A DNA stretch of 64,000 nt from a virus (IMGVR_UViG_3300037249_001368:64001-128000); one strand, 5' to 3'. Positions 10,601 to 20,849 are shown, counted from the first letter of the stretch. A program made the numbers and translations. Notes: generated from the sequence alone by a model not told the origin.

Positions 10601-10974
10601 ACAATCCTATCATCGATTTCAACGGCTACACGATTTTCGGCAACCTCTCTGCCCAGAAGGCTATCTCGAAGCAACAGCAAATCCATAACGTGGAGTTGCT
10701 CTGCTACATCAAGGAGCAGCTTTACAATATGGCAAAGGGTGGCGTCTTCAAGAAAGGTACCTACGATGAGTATCTGGCAACTCAAATCGAGACCCAGAAC
10801 TTCATGGATTCTCTGGCACTCGCCAACGCAATCGAGCCTAACCCGATTGTGAAGTGCGACCTTGAGAACAACACTCAAGAAATCAGGAATTACAAGATTA
10901 AACTCGTCCACGTCGAGTACACTCCTTACGACTGCCTCGAAAAGGTTGTGTTTGACCTGAACATCAACAAGTAA
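7615..10974 (+). CDS. Contractile tail sheath protein (gp18-like) with a large insertion domain
   Basis: N-terminal AGIYFIVTD...KGPVN and C-terminal DRKYLEKFRYNPI...GYTIFGN...NNTQEIRN...LEKVVFDLNI match the sheath pattern; strong codon bias; upstream of the tube gene. Confidence 0.85.
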   Translation: MDIRLRQIVSKAAGIYFIVTDNSQVNAIEEESRLRVVFINAPKGPVNCLVKFAKGDTSSFTTIFGKANRSKEKKGDFGHKVCLDALSSGPLGVINLRVFDDEQDTTQVATINPNTCFDSGVRVDKVPYSSLFNKNGYWTPDRDILTEKYYENDGYLNFGNVGNSDVSVFVVKAKESEVSQLTEEYNKTLEECALEIDDYPNLDFNTRLSDTFVKVYVFNNTFEGAHLNATYGQYFESDDSITQENLEALTKVAGVGFIDSYVGSVIPGLVSETSENLSIDDIMYANYIYTGIICDINNELLEATNTKDFSMIDLYGFNSMFEEGEFKTISNLMSYKDNKLTFDKDSVVPKQPTNLDENKAITCKNALKYGVFEDTSLTNNTFKTNTGTGIRFDDLIIGEDRLLHITDIELDEPISEAKTYDIFASTGEGRDVTKAIVVDTQGGVFYNINGYKWETSTDGVNWKIIDLDFFHTPTGKVLTYENNFGNAVTYGTAVYAVAYCSDESVNYLVKYQSGEITMKKLGTTGTSDVNIVVNGNIFVVYGGLGVMYSTDGENWFAAADQHLNYITSGFGTQYRFFAYCNPGSFTDGFAEGFEEGDFLLKYSSDGQNWQELGCNYTSLTGLDITKNKNLILWDDVNVYMFTTGKAYYIAKTDLGNAEKSFTEKTVEVASTAFYPTIVKETQANTVFAIAGGATKQITFSKGETPAFTAEAISGMNNATRLYFAKNNKLAFFVGGDSDTNIYQTWDATNVGEGNFTMPYILEYQTATYTVDGKLYVGGETNAKYIIKVNPYVNQPSAILNNNVIQSYKLSERQFINGTSSRQSEILDMIMDPSIRKGLKNTRGLRYLIDAFKSYVEPDYKKQFSDLVLDLHENNRFVTCIMTEPFMKDIKKSTNPLFKDTPSSDVVNYEYFATGGNKQYSTKLLSKVDNQFLFFFGPGDVENGVVKPLTGLISNNFYTKQNQFDIIANTTGYVQGINELEEQIDDNDRKYLEKFRYNPIIDFNGYTIFGNLSAQKAISKQQQIHNVELLCYIKEQLYNMAKGGVFKKGTYDEYLATQIETQNFMDSLALANAIEPNPIVKCDLENNTQEIRNYKIKLVHVEYTPYDCLEKVVFDLNINK

Positions 10975-11007
10975 TAAACGGCTCTAAGCCTAATAATACA
11001 TCAGAAA

Positions 11008-12189
11008 ATGAAAAACTTTTCGGATATAACGATTGACAATACCTCGAAGAGGGAGCGCATTATCCAAAATGCGCTCACCCTCTCGGGGCTGCCGAGACCC
11101 TGTATCGAGAACCTGTACGAGTCTGCTTTCGCCAATCGCGACACAAACGAGATTGACGAGGAAGAAGCAAATCAGATGTTCAAAGAATACTTCGGAATTT
11201 CGGCTCCATTGGATGTGAACATCTTCTCCAATGATGTGATTGCTCACATGAAGAAAGTCGGTGACCTGACCAACACCCCAGAGAAACGTAAGAAATACAC
11301 GAAAGAACTGATGTCGGTCATTAAGAAGTATTTGAAGAACAACGACACTCCGACGATGCTTCAGATGTTATCGGCTATACTCTGTATGAAAGATGAAAAG
11401 GGCGGTTCAGTGCTCATGCAGTCTCTCAACATAGATAATCTTATGGAATCGGACAAGTTTAATCTTGTTGCTTACAATGATTTAGTCAATGCCACGAACG
11501 CAGCCGCCAAGCGCGAAACAGTTGAGCAGAAGATTACTTCAAAGCAAATCGACGCCATGTTCTATGACGAGTTGAAAAACATCTTGGCAGAACGCTTCCA
11601 AGACTACAGCAGTCAACCCGTTATTTACAGGGACTCGTACGATACCATAATGAAATACGTCGAAAGAAAATCCTCTGACATACAAACTTCACTGAACATC
11701 ATGGAAACGGATGACAGGCGTTATAAGGTCTTCATTGACGACCTGATTAAGGCCCCACAGATGAACGCATTGTATCAGTCAGTCGATTATCTGAAAACCA
11801 TAACCTCTGATATGCAGACGATGCTGTATGATTTGGTGGTTATCACCAATACCTGCATTGACCACAGTAATCAGTACAAAGACTACATCGACCCTGACAA
11901 GTTCTATGCTTACAACAATTCGTTGAAAGCCCTGTTGGAGTCCATCAGTTCTTCCGCAAATTCCAGTTACGTCCTTCAGTACAATGCTAATGGGCATATC
12001 GATGAAGGAAGATACAGAAGCCTAGTCTTAGCATCTGATTGTCTGTTGTTAATCAAACAGATTCAGAACGAGTTTGCAATCGGAATAAGGAAATATATAA
12101 ATGTGTTCTTCACAGCCGCTATGGATGTTATCAACGCATACAGACACATAGAAGGCAAGTTGGGGAACACAGTCATCACCAACAGATGA
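11008..12189 (+). CDS. Hypothetical protein (possible head-internal protein)
   Basis: 393-aa ORF with LYES, LMES and LLES motifs. Confidence 0.7.
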   Translation: MKNFSDITIDNTSKRERIIQNALTLSGLPRPCIENLYESAFANRDTNEIDEEEANQMFKEYFGISAPLDVNIFSNDVIAHMKKVGDLTNTPEKRKKYTKELMSVIKKYLKNNDTPTMLQMLSAILCMKDEKGGSVLMQSLNIDNLMESDKFNLVAYNDLVNATNAAAKRETVEQKITSKQIDAMFYDELKNILAERFQDYSSQPVIYRDSYDTIMKYVERKSSDIQTSLNIMETDDRRYKVFIDDLIKAPQMNALYQSVDYLKTITSDMQTMLYDLVVITNTCIDHSNQYKDYIDPDKFYAYNNSLKALLESISSSANSSYVLQYNANGHIDEGRYRSLVLASDCLLLIKQIQNEFAIGIRKYINVFFTAAMDVINAYRHIEGKLGNTVITNR

Positions 12190-12224
12190 TTTAACTTAGT
12201 TACGAACATTAAAAACTTTGAGAT

Positions 12225-12836
12225 ATGGCTACTGCTGAATCAATATTCCCGCACGTCGTACAGAGCACTGCAGCGGTGAACAGGTATGAACCTGTTGTAC
12301 CGTCCAACTTCAACGCTCAGTTCATTCTCGAGGGTTATTTGAAGGAGAAGTTAGGCGACTACTCGTTCCTGAAGGAATACGTGAAAGCCGTCAACGGTCT
12401 GTTCGTGGAGTACGCCGGCAACACCATCGAAGCCGGTTACAAGACCACGAGATTCAGATACGACTCCAACGATAAGCAGACCTACTACGAAATCGAGGTC
12501 CAGTTCTGGAACTTCTTGGACAACGAAAGTAAACAGTATGTCTACAACGCCCTCGTTGCTTGGTCCCGCATTAAGTATAATCCGCTGACTGGCGAAAAGA
12601 CCATGAAACGCGATTACGCTGATGCCTCGATTGTCGCCGAGAAATTCAACCGTGACGGTACCATCTTCTGGAGACGTATCGCTCATAATGTCTTCCCGTC
12701 CAGTGACATCGGTGACCAAGGCGCTGATTACGCTTCGCACGACCCCGTTGAGTTGACCATCACTTTCAACGCCGACTATGTTTCAGACGTCACCAACGAC
12801 CCACGTCTTGTTGACAGTCAGACTGGAACATTCTAA
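12225..12836 (+). CDS. Tail tube protein (gp19-like)
   Basis: 203 aa; YNPLTGEKTMKRDYA...NRDG...NVFP...LTITFNADY is the typical tube pattern; downstream of the sheath gene. Confidence 0.85.
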   Translation: MATAESIFPHVVQSTAAVNRYEPVVPSNFNAQFILEGYLKEKLGDYSFLKEYVKAVNGLFVEYAGNTIEAGYKTTRFRYDSNDKQTYYEIEVQFWNFLDNESKQYVYNALVAWSRIKYNPLTGEKTMKRDYADASIVAEKFNRDGTIFWRRIAHNVFPSSDIGDQGADYASHDPVELTITFNADYVSDVTNDPRLVDSQTGTF

Positions 12837-12865
12837 CACGAACATTTGAAAAATGTGAGTGTTAG
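12833..12865 (+). repeat. Post-stop hairpin element, copy 3
   Basis: CTAACAC GA ACATTT GAA AAATGT GA GTGTTAG; perfect 7+6 bp stems with the TAA stop inside the stem. Confidence 0.9.
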
Positions 12866-12932
12866 GTCATAACACAGATAACGCGTACATTTTCAAGGGC
12901 TTTCGCTGGCCTCAACATTTCAATTCTTTGGC

Positions 12933-12966
12933 GAAAACACCCGTCGTGAGATGGGTGTTTTCTTTT
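12933..12966 (+). terminator. Rho-independent terminator
   Basis: GAAAACACCCGTC-GTGA-GATGGGTGTTTTC followed by TTTT. Confidence 0.8.
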
Positions 12967-13006
12967 GATTAACACCGTTAATAAATAGTCATTAAAACAT
13001 TTCACA

Positions 13007-14893
13007 ATGTCACAACAGATAAATTTAGATGATTTCACGGTTAATTCCATCAGCCAAGTCGCCAAGCAAAATCTTGGTGTCACTGATGTTGAAGAAACCA
13101 ATCAGATAGTGGACGTACCGACTTTGGAGGAAACTATCACCGATGAGGTGATTCAGAAAATCGATAAGAAAAATAAAAAAGCCAAGTCGAAGTCCCAATC
13201 AAAGAAAGATGCTGAAACCCGCAGAAAGAATAAGAAAATAGACGAAGTCATTCAGGAACTTCCGACGGAGCAGTTTGAGGAACAGAACCAACAAATCGCT
13301 GAAGAGTATGAGGTTGGTTATGGAATCGAGGTTCCTGAGAAAGTTGACATGGTGGATACTGAACAGGTTATCGCTGCAGCAGAAGAGTCAATCGACGTCA
13401 ATCCTGAAGAACTCGTCTTGGAACCTGTCAAGAAGAAATCTAAATCAGGTTACTTCAAATCAAAGGTCAACGTCGGTGCCAATCACCTTCCTGCGAGGGT
13501 TCATAAACTTTCTTCTTATCTGAAATCATCCACCAAAGGTGGTATTGTTCCAAGAATTACTGACTTGAGAATCATCGTTCATACCAACGAAACTCAACTC
13601 AGAAATTCTAAGATTAAACTCACCGCTAAATCTATAACCTACAAACCCAAACAATCATTCATCGCCACCAAGAAAGGCACGCGTGTGATTATCTCAATTC
13701 CTGAACAGGATAACGGTGAGTATATCATGTATCTTTCCGACGGTCGTCGCCACGTTGCTTGGCAAATTCCAAAGATGAATGGTATCAGTGATGAATCTTA
13801 TAACCAATGGATTGCTGCCAGAATCGCTGATTTCTTCGTCAAGGGCATCGAGGTCGTTGCTCTGAAAGTTCAGTTAAGAAAAGACCCTGACCCGATGATG
13901 CCGTTGATTGACTCTATTCTTGTCAGCGGTGAGTACAAAGCTGTTCCGAGAATTGCTAAGTACGGTGACCAAATCAAAATCGACGAAGTCAGTTTCTTCA
14001 AACCTGGTTCTCGTAACAGTGGATTGCAAATCGACGTAACTCGCAGAGGCATTGATAAATACTCGGTGACTGCTTACGGTCCTGGTTTGAATGACGACGG
14101 TGACCCAATGAATCTGAATCTTGGTATTGATGGTGTTGATGTAGACAAACTCGCAGCAGGTAGTTCTTTCTCCTTCACCGTATACACCCTCGGCCAACTC
14201 GAAGACCGTCTGAAGAAAGTAATGGATGTTTTCTTTGACACCGACATTTCCAAGATGGCTGGTTTCGACGATGCTTCTTTGAAGGAAAATCCAGAAAGAA
14301 TCCTTCGCAAGTATGCTAACATGGGTAGTAAGTTGGCTTTCAAGCCTTTGAAACTTGCTTACAAAGAAATCCTGAAAACTGTCGAGGATGAATTAGAAAA
14401 TGGTGCTGATGTAGAACTCGTGATTGACGATGTTCTTGACAAGAAGCAGGTGGCTGAGGTTGCACGCAAGGCCGTCAAGACAGGTTCCAACATTAAATCA
14501 AAAATGAACGGTGACTTGATTGGTGAGGCTATCAAAGGCCACACCGATTATCTGACCTTCACCTTGATTTACTGCTTGACATTCATGTCAGAAGCCGACA
14601 AACGCCGTTCGTCAACATTCATCACTTCAGAAAAGTATTATTACAACAAAGATATACAAAATAAATCCAAGGCAAGAGCCGAGCATTACACCGATGTTAA
14701 GGACCATCGTCCAGCCCCCGAACGCGAAAAATCATTGGCGGGTCGTGGCGCTGACCGAAACTACCACACTGGTGAATATCTCTTCCATTTGACTTATACC
14801 TTGAAGGGCAAGCAATGTAAGATTGCCGCCAAGACGTTCAAGGAAATCATGGATAAGACTCAGTTCTTGACTTCAAAACCGCAGTTCGTATGA
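13007..14893 (+). CDS. Hypothetical protein
   Basis: 628-aa ORF with a charged N-terminus; preceded by TAATAAATA (12979-12987). Confidence 0.8.
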   Translation: MSQQINLDDFTVNSISQVAKQNLGVTDVEETNQIVDVPTLEETITDEVIQKIDKKNKKAKSKSQSKKDAETRRKNKKIDEVIQELPTEQFEEQNQQIAEEYEVGYGIEVPEKVDMVDTEQVIAAAEESIDVNPEELVLEPVKKKSKSGYFKSKVNVGANHLPARVHKLSSYLKSSTKGGIVPRITDLRIIVHTNETQLRNSKIKLTAKSITYKPKQSFIATKKGTRVIISIPEQDNGEYIMYLSDGRRHVAWQIPKMNGISDESYNQWIAARIADFFVKGIEVVALKVQLRKDPDPMMPLIDSILVSGEYKAVPRIAKYGDQIKIDEVSFFKPGSRNSGLQIDVTRRGIDKYSVTAYGPGLNDDGDPMNLNLGIDGVDVDKLAAGSSFSFTVYTLGQLEDRLKKVMDVFFDTDISKMAGFDDASLKENPERILRKYANMGSKLAFKPLKLAYKEILKTVEDELENGADVELVIDDVLDKKQVAEVARKAVKTGSNIKSKMNGDLIGEAIKGHTDYLTFTLIYCLTFMSEADKRRSSTFITSEKYYYNKDIQNKSKARAEHYTDVKDHRPAPEREKSLAGRGADRNYHTGEYLFHLTYTLKGKQCKIAAKTFKEIMDKTQFLTSKPQFV

Positions 14894-15261
14894 GTAAGCC
14901 TGTTTATTTCACAGAAGATTATTTCAGGGCTATGGCTTTAGACATTCCTGAAACTGTCTTAAACGAAGCGAATAAATACTTTTTTGGTACTGAACAGCCC
15001 AAAGATGTAAAGAAGCTTTTTGAATCAGAATCACCGAGACCAATCAGTGAAATTGCCGCCGAAATCGACGAGAAATGGCCGAAGGTTTCACCAGCCGCCA
15101 GACCTTACCTGGACGCAATGTATGAGTTGGAAACCATTGACGATAAGTATCTGTATGATGATGCTGAGTCAATTATCCTTTACTTCTTATCAAATGCAGC
15201 AGGTTGGCGTGGTGATGACGCCAAACGTATCAAGAAGGAATTGAAAGAATTGTGTAAATAA
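14890..15261 (+). CDS. Small phage protein of unknown function
   Basis: ATGA overlap with the previous gene. RPISEIAAEI...AARPYLDAM...LYFLSNAAGWRGDDAKRIKKEL resembles a small domain recalled from unrelated phages. Confidence 0.75.
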   Translation: MSKPVYFTEDYFRAMALDIPETVLNEANKYFFGTEQPKDVKKLFESESPRPISEIAAEIDEKWPKVSPAARPYLDAMYELETIDDKYLYDDAESIILYFLSNAAGWRGDDAKRIKKELKELCK

Positions 15262-15301
15262 ACTACAGTATAAATCAGCTTTTCAACAACTTTCTTTGAC
15301 G

Positions 15302-15333
15302 GAACCGGCTCGCTCCACCTGTGAGCCGGTTTC
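15302..15333 (+). terminator. Probable terminator
   Basis: GAACCGGCTC...GAGCCGGTTTC inverted repeat. Confidence 0.6.
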
Positions 15334-15360
15334 AAATCTTTCCTCATCTAATACATATTC

Positions 15361-18300
15361 ATGCGAAAGAAGCCCGAAACAGTAGACAATACTATAAATC
15401 AAGGGGTCATATCAATCGTGACATTTCTGAAAAAGATGTCCGATGATACTGACTTCTTGAAACTTTCTGTGGAAGAAATTCGGGATTCTGAACGTCAGTA
15501 CCTGTCTATCATTGAGGCGCTGAAAACAAACTTAGAGTTGTATTTCAAGCGCACTGACGTCGGCCTTAAGAAAAAGACCAAAAACGATATAGCAAGTTCG
15601 GATTACACCGAAAAACTGACAAGTATAAAGGAAACCCTCGACTCGCTGGCCAACGGTGAACTCATGACCAAAATCAGTTCAATCGAAGCGACCCTACGTG
15701 AAATCAAAAACGACATGGCTCGTCAGAAAACCGTAGGTGCTCCGACGAAAATCACTGGTGGTAAAGATTTGGTTGAAAAGCTGAGTTCTATCGAAAACAT
15801 CATCAATAACATTTACGTAGAGTTACAGAAGAAAGCCAAGAGTGCTGCTTCGTCAAAAGTCGAAGCGACCAAGGTGGACACCTCAAACATCGAGGCTTTG
15901 TCTAAATCCTTATCACAACTGGCTTCAACGGTTTCACGTAAAACCAATGTGGCTCTACGTAGATTTATAAGGCTGCTGAACACTCTGACTTCAAAAGACA
16001 TGGCAGGACAGGTGAAAGTTTCGGCAGCCGCTTTCACCGATTTATCCAAGCAACTTTCTACCATCGGGACAGGTTTGGAAAAGGCGGATACCCACATGAA
16101 GAAATTCATGAAGGGACTTACCGTCTTTACGCTGTTCATGCTTTCCCCTACATTCAGTAAAGCAGTGACGGTATTCACCAAACTGATGGATGCCATCAAT
16201 AAACCAAAAACTACCAATGTCAACAAACAAGCAACACAGTGGAAGTGGATATTCTTCTCATTGGCGCTTGGCATTGGTACTTTGGTCTTGGCATTGATGA
16301 ATCTCGAAAACATCAACTGGGGCAAGGTTTTATATCTCGTAGGTTTCTTGGCAGCTGTTTCAGCGGCTATGTACTTTGGTACTAGAAATATGAGAAACCT
16401 GACTTCAGTCACTGGTATCAACAAGGTCAAAAACAAACAATCACTGAAACTAAACAACAATAACAGTTTGGCTATGCAAATGCTGTTCTTGTCTGTTGGT
16501 TTAGCTGTGTTGTTATTAGCCATTGATGCCATCCGAGAAATAGATTGGGCTGAAGCAGGTAAACTGATTCTGTTCCTGTTAGCAGTCCAAACTATAATGA
16601 TGGTTTCAGATATCATCATTGGTCGTAAGGGAGCAGGTTTGAAAGGTGGCATGGGTATTTTAGGTTTCGCTATAGGAGTTTCTATACTGCTTCTTGCAAT
16701 CGACGCAGGAAAAGAAGTATTCTTTGGCAGCAAACCATTTTCAGAGGACCCGAAATCATGGATAGGTCCTTGGGCAGTTGTCGGATTCATCTTTATCATG
16801 GCTTTGATACTTGGGAAATCGGGTATCGGCCGTGGTAATGGTGGAGCCGCTGCCCAAATGTTAAAGTTTGCCTTAGGTTTTGCTATACTACTTCTCGCAA
16901 TCGACGCTGGCAAGGAAGTCTTCGTCAAGGCTTTCAAGGCTGGTGAATGGTACGGTGTTTGGGGAGCTATCGGGTTTGTGTTGTTGATGACATTTGCCCT
17001 TGGTAAATCAGGCATCGGACAAGGTAACGGTGGTGTTGCAGGTCAAATGATTAAGTTTGCTGCAGGACTTGTTATCCTCGTCGGAGCATTATGGTTGATG
17101 ACCGAATTGGTTGAAGCCAGTGGTTTTTGGAAGACTGCCGGAGCAGTAGTTCTGTTGGCTGGAACAGTCTTCGGTTTGGCTTTCATAGTTAAGCAAATGT
17201 CCGTCCAACTCAAAGGCGTTAAGAGAAAACAGGTGTTTGAAGACTTACTTCTGTTGGCTGCTGTTGCTGGGTTGGGTACTACGATATTTGCTGCTATTGC
17301 TGCCATTCAAAAATTACTTGGTGCTGATAACGGTAAAATCCTCGGGGTAGTACTCATAATCATGGGAACTGTTTTGGCTCTTGGTTATGGAATTTACTTC
17401 GTCAACAAAATTATCGAGGAAAAGAAACTTACACCTGCCAAAATCAAGAAAGCAGAAAAGTTCATAATCGAGTCTTTAGGTATATTTGCTCTTGGTGTAA
17501 TCGTTTACGCCATGATAGCAGCAACACAAAAATATCTTGGAGCGGACAATGCCAAGGTGTTAGGAGCCACCCAAATAATAATGTTGACCTTGGTTGAGAT
17601 GCTTGTGCTCGTTTGGGGTGTCGTGCAAATCACCAAAAAGATGAAGGACAGCGATATAGCCAAGGGAATGTTGGTTGTAGCCGCTGCAGCAGGTTTGATG
17701 ATTTTGGCTTCGATGATTTACGTCATCATCGCCGAAAGTCAAAAGGGTGGAGTAGATAACAAGAAAATCCTCGGCGCAACCCAAATCATGGTTTTGACCA
17801 TTGTTGAAGTTTTAGCATTGGTTTTAATCATTGGTGCAATTACATCTAATCCATTTGGGGCTGCAGTAGTCGGAGCAGGTATGGCTTTCATGGCTGCATT
17901 GGTTGGTATTGTGTTGATGGCAGCAGCTGCTCTATACATCATTGGTAAGTCAGAAGCAGATGAAGAAAAAGTTCAGTTCTTCATTAATTCAACAACCAAG
18001 ATTCTGTTACTGTTCACCAACTTTACCCTGCCGCAGATGTTAGCAATGTTGGGTATGTCTCTCGTGGCAGTTCCGTTGGTCGCTTCTGCGCTGATTATGG
18101 CTCTGACATTAGCACTTATCAGTGCTGTAAATCTTGATGATGCCAAGATAGAAACCTTCATAGAATCATCACGGAAAATATTCCTGATGTACACTCAATT
18201 CTCATTGGGTGAAATGTTAGCGATGGTTGGTTTGGCAGTGGCTTCATTACCACTTGTTATAAACTCATTGCTGATGGCAGGTTTGATTGCTTTAATCAGT

Positions 18301-19896
18301 GCCATAAACATTAAAACCGAGAATGTAGATTTATTCATACAGTCAACAGGAAAGATTTTTAGGTCATACACTGATTTCAGTTTAGTTGAGATGTTGGCAA
18401 TGGTTGGTACTTCAATAGCATCCTTGCCACTCATCATAAATTCGTTATTAGTTGCAGGTCTGCTTGCTTTAATCAGTGCTATAAACATTGATGCGGAACA
18501 GATAGACAAATTCAATGATGCTACCGGTAAAATCTTCAGAACTTACGCAAGTTTCAGTCTGAAGGAAATGTTGAAGATGGCTGGCACTGCAGTTGCTTCT
18601 CTACCACTTGTGGTTTCAGCATTAGCCGTTGCTGGTACTCTTCATCTGTTGGGTAAGACCGAACTTTCTGAGCAAAAAACAAAACTATTCATAACAGCCA
18701 TTAAATCCATCTTTAAGGCTTATTCAAGTTTCAGTCTTAGAGAAATGTTGAAGATGGCTGGCACCGCCGAAGCAGCAATGCCAATCGCGACAACAGCTTT
18801 GGCAATGTCTCACGTACTGAAAAACCTGACCGAGGTGGATGTGTCACAACAACAAATTGACAAGTTCACCACGATGGTTGTTGACTTTGTCAAGAATTTT
18901 GCAGAAACTATGGAAGCGACTTCTTCGGATGCTCTGAAAAAGATGAAGAACTCCGGAGAGTCACTAACCAACATAGTTGATATGGCTAAGGGATTTGTTG
19001 ACGTTCTCATTGCTATTGGAAACGGTAAGATTGGCAAATATGAAGTTGACCCAGTAACAGGTCAAGCAAAACTTGTTGATTTTGAGAAATTCGATTTAGA
19101 TACTGTATCTGTTGATGCTGGTCACAAACTTGGTAAGTTAATGGCTGACTTCGCTTCTGCTTATGCTGGTGCTCTTGAAATGAGTAGAAAAGAAGCCAAG
19201 CGTGCAAACAGAGCCAGTGAGGTACTTGCAGGTCTTTCGCCTGTTTTTGAAACAGTTGCTAATCTTGTTTCTGATGTAGAGAAAACAAAATTCTTGAGTG
19301 ATGAAACCCTGATGACTTCTATTTCAAAGAACATGCAAAACTTTGTTTTAGAATCAAAGGTCACATTACAACACATAAACGGTTTGGATGTCAAACAAGA
19401 AAAGTTCAAACTGTTCAAAGACCTCGTTCAGACATTCACACAAGACATTAAGTGGGAACTCGCGATAAAGAATACAGACAGATTCGGTGAAAGCGTTGGA
19501 ACCGTAGTTAAGAACATAAACGGTCTTGACCTTAAGAAAGCGATTCAAATGCAGAACATAGTTGACTCATTTACAAAGATGAGTAACTTGAAAGGTCTGC
19601 GAGACCAAATTAAGGAAATGACCGAGATGCTTAAAGAACTGAATCGTTACAACGAAAATATCAGTGAATCAGCATTGAATGTTTCTAAACAAACCGAACA
19701 AGTTGCCAAGAACCAACAAGCCACTCAACAATTAGTTAAGAATTTGGGTGAGGGTTCGGTGACAACTCAAGACTTGTTTAATGTCGTCAATCAAATCGTA
19801 ACCAACATGGTAACCGAAATCTTGAGAGGCATTGGTGCTAATACCTATGATGTGAATGTCAAGAATCGTGTTAAAATTGATGACAAAAATTATTAA
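15361..19896 (+). CDS. Tape measure protein
   Basis: 1511 aa with coiled-coil ends and a long hydrophobic Ala/Gly/Leu-rich repetitive core; located in the tail module. Confidence 0.75.
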   Translation: MRKKPETVDNTINQGVISIVTFLKKMSDDTDFLKLSVEEIRDSERQYLSIIEALKTNLELYFKRTDVGLKKKTKNDIASSDYTEKLTSIKETLDSLANGELMTKISSIEATLREIKNDMARQKTVGAPTKITGGKDLVEKLSSIENIINNIYVELQKKAKSAASSKVEATKVDTSNIEALSKSLSQLASTVSRKTNVALRRFIRLLNTLTSKDMAGQVKVSAAAFTDLSKQLSTIGTGLEKADTHMKKFMKGLTVFTLFMLSPTFSKAVTVFTKLMDAINKPKTTNVNKQATQWKWIFFSLALGIGTLVLALMNLENINWGKVLYLVGFLAAVSAAMYFGTRNMRNLTSVTGINKVKNKQSLKLNNNNSLAMQMLFLSVGLAVLLLAIDAIREIDWAEAGKLILFLLAVQTIMMVSDIIIGRKGAGLKGGMGILGFAIGVSILLLAIDAGKEVFFGSKPFSEDPKSWIGPWAVVGFIFIMALILGKSGIGRGNGGAAAQMLKFALGFAILLLAIDAGKEVFVKAFKAGEWYGVWGAIGFVLLMTFALGKSGIGQGNGGVAGQMIKFAAGLVILVGALWLMTELVEASGFWKTAGAVVLLAGTVFGLAFIVKQMSVQLKGVKRKQVFEDLLLLAAVAGLGTTIFAAIAAIQKLLGADNGKILGVVLIIMGTVLALGYGIYFVNKIIEEKKLTPAKIKKAEKFIIESLGIFALGVIVYAMIAATQKYLGADNAKVLGATQIIMLTLVEMLVLVWGVVQITKKMKDSDIAKGMLVVAAAAGLMILASMIYVIIAESQKGGVDNKKILGATQIMVLTIVEVLALVLIIGAITSNPFGAAVVGAGMAFMAALVGIVLMAAAALYIIGKSEADEEKVQFFINSTTKILLLFTNFTLPQMLAMLGMSLVAVPLVASALIMALTLALISAVNLDDAKIETFIESSRKIFLMYTQFSLGEMLAMVGLAVASLPLVINSLLMAGLIALISAINIKTENVDLFIQSTGKIFRSYTDFSLVEMLAMVGTSIASLPLIINSLLVAGLLALISAINIDAEQIDKFNDATGKIFRTYASFSLKEMLKMAGTAVASLPLVVSALAVAGTLHLLGKTELSEQKTKLFITAIKSIFKAYSSFSLREMLKMAGTAEAAMPIATTALAMSHVLKNLTEVDVSQQQIDKFTTMVVDFVKNFAETMEATSSDALKKMKNSGESLTNIVDMAKGFVDVLIAIGNGKIGKYEVDPVTGQAKLVDFEKFDLDTVSVDAGHKLGKLMADFASAYAGALEMSRKEAKRANRASEVLAGLSPVFETVANLVSDVEKTKFLSDETLMTSISKNMQNFVLESKVTLQHINGLDVKQEKFKLFKDLVQTFTQDIKWELAIKNTDRFGESVGTVVKNINGLDLKKAIQMQNIVDSFTKMSNLKGLRDQIKEMTEMLKELNRYNENISESALNVSKQTEQVAKNQQATQQLVKNLGEGSVTTQDLFNVVNQIVTNMVTEILRGIGANTYDVNVKNRVKIDDKNY
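18037..18921 (+). repeat. 177-bp (59-aa) tandem repeat within the tape measure gene
   Basis: ATGTTRGCnATG / ATGTTGAAGATG recur at 18037, 18214, 18391, 18568 and 18745. Confidence 0.8.
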
Positions 19897-19957
19897 ACCT
19901 GTCAGAAAAAATAAATTATCAGGCTAATAAATATTTCAATCATAGTTACAATTAGAG

Positions 19958-20323
19958 ATGGTACCGTTATTCGAGGAAGATAATTTTAGTGTTAAGATTA
20001 AGAAAATCAGAGACGTCTATGCAAAAAAGCGCGACGCCCTGAAAGAATCAAAGGAAAAGAAACTTGAGAATCTTCGCAATCAACGTGACCAGAAACTTGA
20101 GAACACTCACGGTCACCTCGAAAAAGCAAAAATCCGTTCAGACTTTGCTAAGAAGAGTGACCAGTTGAATTACAAAACAGAGGTCGAGATTGACAAGTTC
20201 AGAAAACAGCGGGACGAGGCGATTAAGAAAATCAAAGAACAACGTGAGAAACTGAAAGTTGTCAACAAAACCACAAAAACCGTCAAAGAAAAATCTACAA
20301 CCAAATCTAACACAACCAGATAG
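19958..20323 (+). CDS. Basic Lys-rich coiled-coil protein
   Basis: 121 aa; preceded by TAATAAATA (19925-19933). Confidence 0.7.
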   Translation: MVPLFEEDNFSVKIKKIRDVYAKKRDALKESKEKKLENLRNQRDQKLENTHGHLEKAKIRSDFAKKSDQLNYKTEVEIDKFRKQRDEAIKKIKEQREKLKVVNKTTKTVKEKSTTKSNTTR

Positions 20324-20348
20324 CACGAACATCCGAAGGATGTGAGTG
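20321..20348 (+). repeat. Post-stop hairpin element, copy 4
   Basis: TAG CAC GA ACATCC GAA GGATGT GA GTG. Confidence 0.9.
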
Positions 20349-20366
20349 GTAAAAATTTTATTTTCC

Positions 20367-20849
20367 ATGACTGAACTCACAGCAACACAGTGGTACATAC
20401 TTTACGGAGCAGGAATCCTGACTTTCATCGTTTCAATCCTTGACGACTTTCGCGTCAGGAGATTTACATGGTTTGAATGGATTCAGTATACTCTATTCAC
20501 GCTTATAGCAATCACCGCGGGTATCTTTTCATGCAGGGCACTTGAAACCAGTTTTGCATGGATGGTGATTGTATGTCTTGCTTGTGGTTTCTTGGGTGGT
20601 TCGGTTCTTATCAAAATCGACTTACGTAAAAACGAACTGTCAGACCAAGTCGTTGATTCTCTGAAAGATAAAATGAAATCTTGGTCAAGTTCATATATAG
20701 CAGGTCAAATCAACGGTGGTAACATTATACCCGAGACCTCGTTAGAATACGACGAACACATCAAGAGTCATATCGTGATTGATAACTCAAATACAATCGT
20801 TGACCCGAACCAATCTGATTATAATCCGTTTGACGAAATGTGTAAATAG
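20367..20849 (+). CDS. Membrane protein (3 TM, holin-like)
   Basis: Three hydrophobic segments followed by a soluble tail; ATG at 20367 preferred over GTG at 20346. Confidence 0.55.
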   Translation: MTELTATQWYILYGAGILTFIVSILDDFRVRRFTWFEWIQYTLFTLIAITAGIFSCRALETSFAWMVIVCLACGFLGGSVLIKIDLRKNELSDQVVDSLKDKMKSWSSSYIAGQINGGNIIPETSLEYDEHIKSHIVIDNSNTIVDPNQSDYNPFDEMCK

